Below, piece after piece: positions 1-12,515 of a stretch of 64,000 nucleotides of DNA. The notes beneath the pieces were generated by a model, which was not told the origin of the DNA, did not search any database, and worked only from the letters and a program-made list of their open reading frames with translations. The DNA lies in the NCBI GenBank assembly GCA_964106915.2, contig OZ066916.1; one strand, written 5' to 3'. Position 1 is the first letter of the stretch. Each line of letters opens with the position of its first letter. The DNA is from Podarcis gaigeae. Its lineage: Eukaryota. Made by a program: the position numbers and the translations under genes.

Positions 1-1800
1 GTGAACGGGGCTCTGGAACGGATCCCGTTCATATCCAGAGGTACCACTGTATAGGGAAGGCTTTTTTAAAAAGAAAATGTTTAATGTTTTATTATGTTTT
101 TACATATGTTGGAATCTGCCCATAGTAGCTGGAGCAACCCAGCAAGATATGTAGGGTATAAATAGTAAAATTATCTTTATGGAATGGGACATCCCTATTT
201 TCACCAGATTTGGTTTCTTTTGGGAGGCGTTTCGCTCCATTCTCCTCCCTTCTGTTTTTCTTTAATACAGATATGTAAGGGGGAAGAGACCTCCAGAAAC
301 TATGCCATGAGAGGACTGAGCAGGGGCCCAAAGAAGACCGAATGGGGTTTGTTGGAATCGGGTGAGGCAGAAAACCAGGGCGATGGAGGTGGTGAAGGAG
401 GACGAATGAGAATGAAATAGAATATCCTGGAAAAGGGCATGGCTGGCTGGCACCTTTCCCCCCAGAAGGGTAGCCTGTGTGCTAGTCTGTTGCAGCCTAA
501 AAGCAGGGACCGCTTTTCATATTCTTAGTGGGGAAATGAGTTTTTCGAAAGGCCTTTAAGAAGCCACTCCAACGTGGAAAAAACACAGCCAACCTCCTTC
601 CCCAACAAAGTTACAGGTTTTCAAAAAATATGATTCTTCAACCCGGTTCCTTACGTCTCCCTTTCCCCACTGTATATAAACTAACGAGACAACTTGCTTA
701 TTATCTCTTCATCTACGTGTCTCCTTTACAGCTAATATATCATGTCATCACCCTGAGGGTTACGGTGAGGCGGCCAAAGCTAACTGCAGGCCTCAGAAAC
801 AAAAGTTGCTCCTGACTTTTTTTGCTGTCACGTTTCTAGCTTCTGCCAAGTTAAGTCCACTTTGGACAGGAGTTGGGAGCAGAGGAGGGGAGAGGGCAGG
901 GCCCAAGATCACTTTCCTATCATGGATGCTCTTACGCTCCTTTATTCAGAATTTCTAGCCTTGCCGCAAGTAGGACTGTAGCTAGGGGGTAGTGAGGTGG
1001 GCATCTGCCAGGGGTGCAAGCGATTGGGGGGGTGCAAAATCTGCTAAAAAATGCGTCCATAAATATAAATATCAATTATTGCCTCATAAGAAATGGTTTT
1101 AAATAGAGGGTGAGTTGAATGGGTGGAGGGTGGGTGGGTTGGAGGAGAGGCAGAAAGAAAAATGTATTTTAGTGTTCTGTTGGAAGCTGCCCAGAGTGGC
1201 TGGGGAAACCCAGCCAGATGGGCGGGGTATAAATAATAAATTATTACTTTTATTATTATTAAGAGCTAATTTGTCCATGGCTAGGGGGTGCAGTCTGGAC
1301 GGTTCTGCCAGGGGCGCAAGATCACCTAGCTACGGCTCTGGCTGCAAGCTAAGATAGCTCAAATAAAAAATTGGATAAAGAATTCTGGAAGAAGGTTTGT
1401 AGATCTCATCAAGGAAGCTTGGAGCCATCAACAGCTGTGGCAGCTAAATGTAACCTCAATCTTCAGAGGAAGTGGACCTCTGACTATCCTGAGGTTGGAG
1501 AGCCAGGAACATCTTGTTGGCTCCTCGGAAATGTTTGGTTTGATCCAGCAGAGCTTTTCATATATTTTTAAGCTACTCATTGATGGTGATCAGCTTGTGG
1601 AAGGGCCGTAGTTCTGCAGCAGAGCATCTACTTTGCATGCAGAAGGTCTCCAAGTTCAAATTCTGACATCTTCAGGCGGGGTTGACTGTCCTTGTAGACT
1701 GTACTGAGCTAGGTGGAACAACGGTGGTGACTCACGATGAGTGGTCTTCTTCTGCCATGCCTTCCAAGATTTCTCCAATGAAAATAGGGATGCATGATTC

Positions 1801-1836
<36 letters not shown>

Positions 1837-2112
1837 TTTATTACTTATACACCACCCATCTGACTGGGTTGTCCCAGCCACCCTGGACGCTTTCCAACAT
1901 ATAAAAAAACATTAAACATTAAAAAAGGTTGTTTTGTTACTTATCTCCTTGGCTCAGGGGTTGCATAACTCCACACCCTCCAACATTTCTCCGATGAAAA
2001 TAGAGATGCCCTAAGGCAAAGCAGGGCAATCCAGGATCAAATCAGAATTTGGGATGGCGTCTGTAAATTCAGGACTGTCCCTGGCAAATAGGATCACTTA
2101 TAGGGGCTTTAA

Positions 2113-2560
2113 AAGCTCTGGTTTTCCCAGTGGTGATGTATGGAAGTGAGAGCTGCACCATAAAGAAGGCTGATTGCCAAAGAATTGATGCTTTTGAATT
2201 CTGGTGCTGGAGGAGACTCTTGAGAGTCCCATGGACTACAAGAAGATCAAACGTATACATTCTTAAGGAAATCAGCCCTGAGAGCTCACTGAAAGGACAG
2301 ATCCTGAAGCTGAGGCTCCAAGACTTTGGCCACCTCTGGAGAAGAGAAGACTCCCTGGAAAAGACCCTGATGTTGGGAAAGATGGAGGGCACAAGGAGAA
2401 GGGGACAACAGAGGACGAGATGGCTGGACAGTGTTCTCGAAGCTACCAGCATGAGTCTGACCAAACTGCGGGAGGCAGTGGAAGACAGGAGTGCCTGGCG
2501 TGCTCTGGTCCATGGGGTCACGAAGAGTCGGACACCACTAAACGACTAAACAACAACAAA
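2113..2560 (+). mobile_element. RTE-BovB LINE, 5'-truncated 3' end
   Basis: YGSESCTIKKADCQRIDAFEFWCWRRLLRVPWT...SLEKTLMLGK...WRALVHGVTKSRT, then a (caa)n tail. Confidence 0.93.
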
Positions 2561-3557
2561 TATGTAACCTGCTTCTGCTCCTCCCTCTTCACCCCTCTTC
2601 TGATCCTGGGAGACACTGGAGCAGGAGAGGTAGAGCAGGAGAAGGAGGCATGGAACCCTTGATTCTCTACCTGCCTGACCTTTCTACTTCCCCCTCCTTC
2701 ACCTGTCCTTCACTATCCGGCCCTTCAGCTTCTCCTGCCTCTGACTCTCATCTCCTGGCCGTTGCAGATTTCCCCCAGATCACAGATTTCTTCTTCCAAG
2801 TCCATCTCCATAAACCCAGACACCACTCCTCAGTGTCTCAGCCAGTCCCTGGCATCCGCAAATGCCCCACCGGAGTCTTATCTGCCAAACCAGTCCCTAA
2901 AACAGCCCCAGATTTGGCTCGTCCTTGGGCCTTGCGAAAGACTCCACTGTGTAGACGCCGTCGCTCTGGAAACTCCAAGGGCAGCAGACGAGAAGGAGGG
3001 AAGAATCTGCAGCATGGATCTCATCCCTCTGCCCTGGGGTTGGGGTGTCGGGCTTCAACTGGATTACGTACTTAATTATAGTCTGTGGGTACAGATTTAT
3101 TATGCTGGATTGAGAGATAGCTGCTGGAGATTTGCCACATGAGAAAAGGAGAGTAAATGAACTGTGAAACCCTGGGCTGCTGAGTAGGGAGAGGCGAATC
3201 TGTCTTATTTCGGTTATCTCTGCTTCTCGTTTTTTCCAATCTTAAACCTGGTTCTCTGCATTTTCACAGCAGTTTGCTATTTAATAATAATAATAATTCA
3301 TTGGTGAATTTCTCCTGGGTTTCTGTGCAATCTTGCCTAATATACACCTTTTTTTTGTATAGCAATTTACCCTAATATAAAGAATTTCAACTTTAATCAG
3401 TGCTATTTTTCTAGAAAAAGTGGTGCCAGAATTCACCATGATCTCTTAGAATGGCAATGACGCCCACCTGAGAGGTACCAGAACTGAGTTCTGGCTGAAA
3501 AAAAGCCATGATTTCCAGTTCTTTTTTCTGAAACAAAGGTAGGAGAACTCACCATGA

Positions 3558-3605
<48 letters not shown>
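3558..3605. repeat. (TTAG)n microsatellite
   Basis: Direct reading. Confidence 0.95.
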
Positions 3606-4347
3606 GTGGGCCCAGTTACAGTGCCACACCCTGCTCCCTGGAGCGGTGGCTAATTGTAAAATGTGATTAATAAACTCAAACTGACAGTGAGAAACGGCCA
3701 CAACTTTATTGATCACAGGAAAAGGTGATCCAGCACCCCTAGACAAAAAAAAAGTAATTATTTAATTTTTAAAAGATTAGGAAACTTTGTTCCCCCAAGT
3801 TCCTACTAAAAAAAACTCCCGCTGTTTTAATTTTCACTAATATATGCGTTAGTACATTCCTCTTCAACCAGGCCTGTGACTGCCAATGATTCTGTAGCCC
3901 TTTAAAGTGGGCAAGGGAGAGCGTTGTCCTATTTCACTATTATTATATTACATATTTTACATTTTTATGTTGTAAACCGCCTTGCAGGCTCTTGGTGAAA
4001 GGTGGCATATAAATTCAATAGCTAAATAAATAATTTAATATCTGTATTTTATTTTTTTTTTGTACACACTGCTCTGCTGGAGAACTGCCCTGGAAAATTT
4101 AGAGCACTGAAAATTTCCAAATGATGCCTGTCTTTTGGTCCACGTATTGTCTCAGGAGACACAAATGAGATACGAATGCCTTTGAAGGCACATTTCTTTT
4201 CCATCCCTACTAATACGTATAACCTCCCAAGTAATGGAGGAGATGCAGCCTTTCAAATGCAGAGCAGTTCCCCATCCCTCCTATATGAGCCTACTCGGAA
4301 GTAAGCCCCACTGATGTCAGAACAAGAACAGAATGAGCAGAAGGGTC

Positions 4348-4386
<39 letters not shown>

Positions 4387-4730
4387 TCCACCAATCTGGC
4401 TGGGTTTTCCCAGCCACTCTAGGCTGCTTCCAGCACATAGAAAAACATAATAAAACATCAAACTTAAAACTTTCTGATACAGTTGTGTAGCCCTTTATCT
4501 CCTCAACATCTGATGGGAGGGCGTTCCAAAGGGGTCATTCTAAAATGACCACTGACTAGGAACTTCAGTTTAGGCCACTGGCCAATCTGGCTTAGTTCTG
4601 TCAACACTGGCTGGCAGCACCTCTCCAGAGTTTCAGGTGGAGGCTATTCCCATCCCTGCTGGGGATGTCAGGGACTGAACCAGGGGCCTTCTACATGCCA
4701 AGCAGATGCTTCGGCCCTGAGCTATGGCTA

Positions 4731-5052
4731 CCTGAAGGAGTGTCTCCACCCCCATCGTTCTGCCCAGACGCTGAGGTCCAGCACCGAGGGCCTTTTGGCA
4801 GTTCCCTCATTGCGAGAAGCAAAGCTACAGGGAACCAGGCAGAGGGCCTTCTCGGTAGTGGCGCCCGGCCTGTGGAACGCCCTCCCATCAGATGTCAAAG
4901 CGATAAACAACTACCTGACATTCAGAAGACATCTGAAGGCAGCCCTGTTCAGGGAAGTTTTTAATGTGTGACATTTTAGTGTATTTTTGGTCTCTGTGGA
5001 AGCCACCCAGAGTGGCTGGGGAAACCCAGCCAGATGGACGGGGTACAAATAA

Positions 5053-5108
<56 letters not shown>
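4731..5108 (+). mobile_element. L2 LINE 3' end with (ATT)n tail
   Basis: RAFSVVAPGLWNALP-type C-terminus and the gaagccacccagagtggctgggg 3' stem-loop. Confidence 0.88.
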
Positions 5109-5109
<1 letters not shown>

Positions 5110-6197
5110 TCTCCATCAAGGACCCTGAAAGAGACCCTTCCATACTGCTTTCGTGGCATAGCCCACGGGCTACTGGTACGTCGAGGCCGGCTGAGAGGTC
5201 GTCTTACTTACTTCCCTGGGGCAGCTAGAAATCAAGAGGAGCCATCGCCAAACATATTGCGGATTTCTCTTTGCTCCTTTCAAATTCTTCAATCCAGCCT
5301 GGTTCAGGCCTGACAGATCCTTCGGCAACCTCTGCATGCGAGCCGACTTCAAGGTTCCGTGTGATGTGGCACCCAGTAGGCTGTGCTCAGCCAAAGAGAT
5401 CTTAATTATTATGATTATACACGAGTCCATTTCCAAACTTCCAGGAAATCTGGAGCAGTGCAGTATGTACATCTTTAATTTAATTACTATTTATTATTTA
5501 TCATCTCTTCCCCTAAGCCTCGGAGCTCACAGTCTTTAAAGAATTAGCCCAGTGCTACTAAAATATGCAATGCAGAAGCCGGCCAGCTTAATCATTCTCT
5601 TTCTGATGTTTTTTTAATTATTGCAGCCTCCACTCCTCGCCATCACCCCGTTAGTATTGCCTTCCCTGGGTTGGACGCAGCTCTTCTGATGGGAGGAAGT
5701 CGGGAGAGCAGGTGGGGAGAAGGTGGCCAAAGAGCACCTTATTTGGGATGCGGAAGGTCCCCCTTTCCATCCCTCGGATCCCCAGCTAAAAGCACCAGGC
5801 AGGATCAGGCCAAGTAGCAATGGGGAGCATTCTTGGGAAAGGGACCCAGCACTGCTGTTCTAACTATGGAAACACCAACCACCTCTGGCTTTTAAAGAGG
5901 ATTAGGCAAATTGATGGAGGATAAGCCTATAGGCGTCTACTCACCGTGATGGCTATGTTCTGTCTCCATCAGAGACAGCATGCCGGAGAAGATGTCATGT
6001 TCGGTTCCTGATTGAGGGTTCCCAATAGGCATCTAGCTGGCCACTCTGAGCACAGCGTATGCAAGCAACCCTCCATCTCTCAAATTGCTCTCAGCCCCCT
6101 GGGGAAAAATATATAGCCCCCTGGGCCTGAGGTTCCCCATTCTTAGTTTATGTTTGAGCGCTGTGCCAGTCTTCCTATATATAAGAGCAATGTTGTA

Positions 6198-6411
6198 CAT
6201 TGCTACCTCGGGTTAAGTACTTAATTCGTTCCGGAGGTCCGTTCTTAACCTGAAGCACCACTTTAGCTAATGGGGCCTCCTGCTGCCACCGTGTGATTTC
6301 TGTTCTCATCCTGAAGCAAAGTTCTTAAGCCGAGGTACTATTTCTGGGTTAGCGGAGTCTGTAACCTGAAGCATCTGTAACCTGAAGCGTCTGTAACCCA
6401 AGGCACCACTG
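6198..6411. mobile_element. Tc1/mariner-type MITE (same family, opposite orientation)
   Basis: Reverse complement of the 56215 element with degraded TIRs. Confidence 0.8.
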
Positions 6412-6417
6412 AACTTG

Positions 6418-6760
6418 CCATATTTTTCCATGTATAAGACGCTCCCATGTATAAGATAAGCTTGGGGGGGGGGCTAAATTTAAAGAAAATGAAGGGAGTT
6501 GGCCCAAAGCTTTTTTTTTTAGGGGGAATTGAACGCACGCCATCACCCCCAGCAGGGCCGTTGCTGGGGGTTGGCAAAGTGGACAGCCGCTCCCCCCAGG
6601 CCACTGTGGCAGGAAACTCCCTGGTGCAATAGCCGCCAACCAGCTGGCGGGCGGACAAGCAGCTCCCCTCACACACACCACTATCTGTGTATAGGACAAC
6701 CCCAGTTTTCTGACATGATTTTTGGGTCAAAAAACCTCATCTTATGCACGGGAAAATATG
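6418..6760. mobile_element. Mariner/Tigger-type MITE (second family)
   Basis: TIRs ccatatttttccatgtataaga...tcttatgcacgggaaaatatgg. Confidence 0.7.
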
Positions 6761-6868
6761 GTAAATCATTTGCCTGGTGCTGCTTCCCTTTGACTGCTTG
6801 AAAGAGAGACTGCAAACTCCTTGGAAGAAGAGCACAATTAGTTTCTGTGCTCCTTTTGCCTTCCGAGC

Positions 6869-6899
<31 letters not shown>

Positions 6900-6903
<4 letters not shown>

Positions 6904-8019
6904 ACGGCCAACCTTAAACCATGAGCAGCAATGGGTGTTGGCAAGGAGTGTCCCTCTGGAAAGGCAGAGCCATCCATCCCCCAACTTTTTTCCACTTGCA
7001 AAGAGCTGTGAACCTGATCTGCAAAGGGGTTTAGGGCTAAAGTGAGCCTGGCATTCATTGTGTAGATGAAATTTATCTGCACTTTGAGGGTGGGGTTATT
7101 TAAATAGCCTTGAGAGCTTGGAGTGCGGGGTGCAGAGTGTAACACTTTCTCTCTCTCTCTCTCTCCTGACAAAAACCTTTCCAAATCTAAGATCTGCAAG
7201 GGAAGCCTACAGCAATGCCAAATGGGAGCAAACGGCAGTTTTGGAGAGCGACGCGTTTTACCCAGATCCTGGCAAGGAGGGAAAGAATTAAAAACATCTC
7301 GCCATCTTGAGACTGCTCAGGTTTTGTGGCAGCTGCTGTTTAGATAGATGATAGATAGATGGATGCGTTTTAGTAGCCCGGATGCAATTAACATGTCTAG
7401 TTTGGCCTTAATGCTTTGCTTCTCAGCCTAGGGGACAAATCTAGAGAGGAACGGCAAGTAGCTTTTTTAATAATAATAAAAAACTCCCCTTTCAAGTAAG
7501 TGGCAATGCAAACAGTAGAGAAGTACTGTTGATGTGACCACAGTAGAGTATACTACTGCTGCTTTAAACTGTAGATGCAAATACTGAGTAGGTTTTTTTA
7601 GGGGGAGATGTTGGGGGAGCATAAGAAATAATTTCTGGTGTGTCCTGACTGTTCCCACCCTGCCCTCTATTTCAGTCGTCCTCCTGTAGATAAAATTGTG
7701 CCACTTCACTCTTTACCCTTTGGGCATTGTTAATTATCTCAACTGGTTATTATCAACTGGAAAAAATCTTTCATCTTCTTGAGAGTGTCTTACGACGAAC
7801 ATGAGCCTAAACACGGGGCAGGGGGAGTTGCGACCTCTGTGCCGCAGTTAATTCTCATATCTGGCCATTTTTCTGTACTAATCTAATCAGTGGAGCAGTA
7901 GCAAGATTAATTGTTTGGGATGAATAAAAGGGACCATCAAGCCATCTGGCTATCTGATATCAAGTTCAAAAGTTTCCAAATTGGCTTTTTAAAATCAGAG
8001 TAACCTTATGAACTGTGGG
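6900..8019. promoter_or_regulatory. Putative downstream conserved non-coding element cluster
   Basis: No recognisable TE, rich in homeodomain motifs (taatta, ctaatctaatc, gattaatt), and adjoining an N-run. Confidence 0.4.
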
Positions 8020-8162
8020 NNNNNNNNNNNNNNNNNNNNNNNNNNNNNNNNNNNNNNNNNNNNNNNNNNNNNNNNNNNNNNNNNNNNNNNNNNNNNNNNN
8101 NNNNNNNNNNNNNNNNNNNNNNNNNNNNNNNNNNNNNNNNNNNNNNNNNNNNNNNNNNNNNN
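8020..8162. other. N-run (143 nt)
   Basis: Direct reading. Confidence 0.99.
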
Positions 8163-8366
8163 GCATCCCCTTAATTCCTTAATCCAAGTCATTTATAAAG
8201 ATGGTGAACAATAATGGGCCCAAAACAAAACCTTGTCACACCCTGTTTTTCACTTTTTTTCAGGATGAAGATTTGTCTAGGGTTTAGTCCTTGGCCTATT
8301 CTTCTCCCAAAGTTGTATCACAAGGCAGGGGGTACAGATTTTCCCCCAGGGTTAACTCTCACTCTA

Positions 8367-8718
8367 GGGATGTGGGCGGTGCTGTGAGTTAAACCACAGA
8401 GCCTAGGACTTGCCGATCAGAAGGTCGGCGGTTCGAATCCCCGTGATGGGGTGAGCTCCCGTTGCTCGGTCCCTGCTCCTGCCAACCTAGCAGTTCAAAA
8501 GCACATCAAAGTGCAAGTAGATAAATAGGTACCACTCCGGCAGGAAGGTAAACGCCGTTTCCATGTGCTGCTCTGGTTCACCAGAAGCAGCTTAGTCATG
8601 CTGGCCACGTGACCCGGAAGCTGTACGCTGGCTCCCTCGGCCAATAAAGCGAGATGAGCTCCGCAACCCCAGAGTCGGTCACGACTGGACCTAATGGTCA
8701 GGGGTCCCTTTACCTTTA
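8367..8718 (+). mobile_element. Sauria SINE (full length)
   Basis: tRNA-like head with B-box ggttcgaatcc, body aaagtgcaagtagataaataggtacc, BovB-like 3' end and ACCTTT tail. Partial TSD taactctcac on both sides. Confidence 0.93.
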
Positions 8719-10301
8719 ACTCTCACAAATGAATATCACCACAAGGCAGCAGAAGCTCAGGACCAGAGTTTTCCTTCCTGGGTTGACGAACCCCCACCAG
8801 CCAAGGAGATGTGTACAAAAATGCATATACAAAACTAAACTGTGCCTTTAACTGCATATATCAGTGAAAATAAGGGACAGAAATCCATTGTATTTGCAGA
8901 ACGTTGCTTTGCAAAAAAGAAGAAGAAGTGTTTATTAGGCAAAACAGCATGCAGAAATGTGTGTATCTGGAGACGATCGAACTGAAACCCTGGTGAATTT
9001 TCACGGGGGCTTTTAAAAATAGCAATAGCAGTGAGAAAATGATTTGGAAATGTGGCTGACTGAATTTAAGACTGGGGAAATGAGAGAAACTGAAATTGAC
9101 AGATCCGCCCATCCCTGCCTGCCTGCACATATCTTAGCCCTCCTACAGAAGTAAGAGATGGGGGAAAGATGCTTCAACTGCCCCCTGCAATCTCTGAACC
9201 GTGTACCTCTTCTGTTCTTAAAAAAAAAAGTGAGCAGGTTTACATATGCATTTCGAAGGCTCAGAATTGGAACGTTTCACATGTTCCTAAGCTCAGCCCC
9301 TGTTGCAAAACGAGCAAGAGCCAGCAGGCGGGAATCTGAAAGGGTTAAATGCCAACGAGGAAGGGGGTGGGAGATGTCTGGCACTGGAGGGGCATCAGGT
9401 TCCCCAACTGCTGAAATCCAGAAGGCTTCTCCACCCCGCCTCCACCACAACCCCACTCCTTCCTTCTCTCTCTCTCTCTCTTAAACATAGCACTGTTTGT
9501 CAAAGGTGTCATGTGATATTAAACATGATCTCAAACCTGTGAACACTGACCTTTGCCCCTCTTTTTCAAATCTGAAATGTAGATTTGGCTGGGATACAAA
9601 CTCCAGTCGGCGGAGGAGCCGGCGCTGAAAGTTTGCAAAGCAGTTTCTGAATCGGGAGCGAGGCGGGGAGAAGGGGGGGAGAAGGGGAAAAAGAAAGAAA
9701 GAAAAAAGGCAGTACAATGCCAGGGTCAGCGTAACACAAAACACGCCGGCCCCCTAGACATAACACAGACTCTCTCTTTCTAAACACCATTATGAGCTGC
9801 TAGCCAGACCTAGCAGCAACAACACCCCCCCACCCTCCAAGCAGGCAGCTCAAATGTACACCAAACTCGCATTTCAGCTCCTCGGGGCAATTGTCGTTCA
9901 GCATCCCATTTTGGACTCCCATTTGTGGTTCAGCTTTCTCAATACTGTACGCTGCAATAGCTGAGGGCGTTTGCAGTGGCCAGGAGCGAGAGGGTGTGTG
10001 TGTGTTGGGGTGTTGCGTTGTGGAAGGGGGAGAGAGAAATGTCTTCAGAAGGGGAAGGTTGGCAGATGTTGTGTTAACTTCAGTTCGCTGCAATGTTGAA
10101 CTGCAAAAATAAGGCCAACTTCCTTCCCCAGCTCAGAACAAAAAAAATCGAATGAACCACAAAGCCTTCCTGTTTCTGTGAGAGGCACACCGCAGATTTT
10201 TATTTTCGAAAAAAGATAGAGAGAGGTTCTCAGGGTCTCCTTGCCCGTTTTCTTTTCTGAGTTGTGCACTTTTTGAATTTGTTTTTTTAATTCCCAGTAC
10301 A

Positions 10302-10671
10302 TTTCAAAGTGTTGATGCTGACCTTTAAAGCCCTAAACGGCCTTGATCCAGTATACCTAAAGGAGCGTCTCCACCCCCATCATTCTGCCCAGACACTGAG
10401 GTCCAGCGCCAAGGGCCTTCTGGTGTTTCCCTCACTGCGAGAAGTCAAGTTACAAGGAACCAGGCAGAGGGCGCTCTCGGTGGTGGTGCCCGCCCTGTGG
10501 AACACCCTCCCATCAGATGTCAAAGAGAAGAACAACTACCAGATGTCTTTTAGAAGACATCCGAAGGCAGCCCTTTTAATGTTTGATGCATTACAGTATT
10601 TTAATATTTTGTTGGAAGCCATCCAGAGTGGCTGGGGAAGCCCAGCCAGATGAGTGGGGTATAAATAATAA

Positions 10672-10716
<45 letters not shown>
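10302..10716 (+). mobile_element. L2 LINE 3' end with (ATT)n tail
   Basis: LTFKALNGLDPVYLKERL...ALSVVVPALWNTLP. Confidence 0.9.
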
Positions 10717-11504
10717 TGTTACCCCAGCCTTCCTCCCCAACGAACGCAGGGCGGCGGAGCAGCAAAAGCGAAAACTTTTAAAAGGTATTCCAAGTTTACA
10801 CCCAAGAACGTAACATGTGGATATGTGTCAGGCACAATCGCAGATGGTTGTCTCAACCATGGTTTACTTGTTGGTTGAGGTGGGGCTCCTCTTTGTTGCA
10901 TGTGATGCACCAGGAAACTTAGGCTTGCCACCATGTTGACAGTGGGAAACTGCTTTCACTCTTGAATTCAAGGGCACAAGATGGGAGGGGAAGCTTGCCG
11001 TGCCCCCACGTTAATGCTGCGCAGTCAACAAATATGAGTCCAAGCCATAGAAGGGGAACCAGGATCCTGCACTCTGTGGGAAGGAAGATTGTTCAAGGGG
11101 GCAGATATTTAGGTGGATCCACAGGAGAAGAGAAGAGAGACTTCGCTGATTCCTGAGTTAGAGCATCCCTGCGCTAAGAATTAACTGCCAAAGAGCCCTG
11201 TAAACCTTCCGTCATAAATACTGTCGGCCTAATTAGCCTTTGACCTCATGTAGCGGCCTAGCTGGTCCACTAACCCTGTTACAGCTGATATTTATGGTTC
11301 TTCCCAAACAAGATAAAAGGATATATTAGATTTAGCTTCTTTCTTTCCTAAAGGGGGTGGGGGAAAGAGCTCTTCGGTTCCCTCAGAGCCTGTAGATGGT
11401 GGGCAACGGCAACGCAACAACTGAATAGCATGCTCCAAGAATCAGTTGCAAATGGAGCTAAAAACAAAACGGACCCAGTGTTTTCTTGTGCGCAGCCAGT
11501 GAAC

Positions 11505-11680
11505 ACAGGAACGTAGGAAGCTGCCCTATACTGAGCTATCGAGCTCAGTATTGTCTACACTGATTGGCAGCAGTTCTCCAGGGGTTTAAGCAGGAGCACC
11601 ACCTGGAGATGGCAGGGATTGAACCTGGGACCTCCTGAATGCAAGGCAGATTCTTTACCGCTGAGCTATGACCTTTCCCC
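11505..11680 (-). mobile_element. Older tRNA-derived SINE (copies also near 1600, 4555, 25455, 30450, 34050, 38316, 48290)
   Basis: gggattgaacctggg (B-box, reverse) plus the body ataggaagctgcc.tatactgag..ctcagtattgtctacactga. Confidence 0.7.
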
Positions 11681-11971
11681 ATTCATTCATTCATTCATTC
11701 ATTCATTCATTCATTCATCCATCCATGCTATATCCTATGCTTCTTTAGGATCTGGATTACCAATGCATGGACTGCAGTGGTCAAGCTTTCCCTGTCCAGG
11801 AACGGCCAGAGCTGGCAAACCAGACAAAGCCACAGGGAACACCTGGGCCTCTAGTGACAATAGTTTGTTCCAGGGATACCCCCAAGCCTCACACTTGCTC
11901 CTCTGGTGGAAGGGAGAACTGGCTGAAGTAGCAATTGCATCTTACCTGGATATTGGCAATGGGACAAGGTA

Positions 11972-12062
11972 GCATACCTGTCAACTTTTCCCTTTTCTTG
12001 TGAGGAATCCTATTCAGAATAAGGGAATTTCCCTTAAAAAAAGGAAAACGTTGACAGCTATG
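11972..12062. mobile_element. Short hAT-type MITE
   Basis: TIRs catacctgtcaac...gttgacagctatg with an approximate 8-bp TSD caaggtag/taaggtac. Confidence 0.65.
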
Positions 12063-12249
12063 TAAGGTACCCCCAGCATAATGGTATGACCAAGGGACTG
12101 AGGAGGAACAGCTGGGGGGGCGCTGCCCCTGATGGACGCAGGCCTGGCATCCGGATGCGGCCCCCTGAGCCTCTCTGCCTGGCCCCAGGACTGCCCCTCA
12201 CCAGCCACACTCTTCCCAGGTCACCTCTCTCACCAGGCCTGCTTTGAAC

Positions 12250-12360
12250 CCTCCTTCCTTGGAGGTTTCTAAGCAGAGGTTGGCTGGCCACCTGTCATGG
12301 ATGCTTTAGCTGAGAGATGACTGTTGGGGTCCCTTCCAACGCTGCCATTCTATGGTTATA
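12250..12360 (+). mobile_element. CR1 3' terminus
   Basis: ccttggaggtttctaagcagaggttgg...ggtcccttccaac...attctatg terminal motif. Confidence 0.7.
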
Positions 12361-12458
12361 TTGTTCAGCGTCTTTGCCATGCTGGAATTTGCCCTTGAAG
12401 TTAATTTCCTGGGCAGAGGACAGAGAGGGTTGTGTGCAGGGAGGTGCCTACTGTATAA

Positions 12459-12460
<2 letters not shown>

Positions 12461-12513
<53 letters not shown>
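12461..12513. repeat. (GT)n microsatellite
   Basis: Direct reading. Confidence 0.95.

Positions 12514-12515
<2 letters not shown>

Noticed and set aside
2563-3139. Possible solo LTR (TG...CA)
   Set aside because: No TSD or terminal inverted repeat could be confirmed.
3558-3605. Telomere-like repeat
   Set aside because: The unit is TTAG, not TTAGGG, so it is an ordinary microsatellite.
4911-5228. Poly-Ile/poly-Tyr ORFs and similar poly-Leu/Asn/CV ORFs
   Set aside because: Translations of microsatellites, mostly L2 tails.
8367-8450. tRNA genes at A/B-box motifs (also 18956, 29498, 38316)
   Set aside because: These are SINE heads without a full cloverleaf, continuing into SINE bodies.
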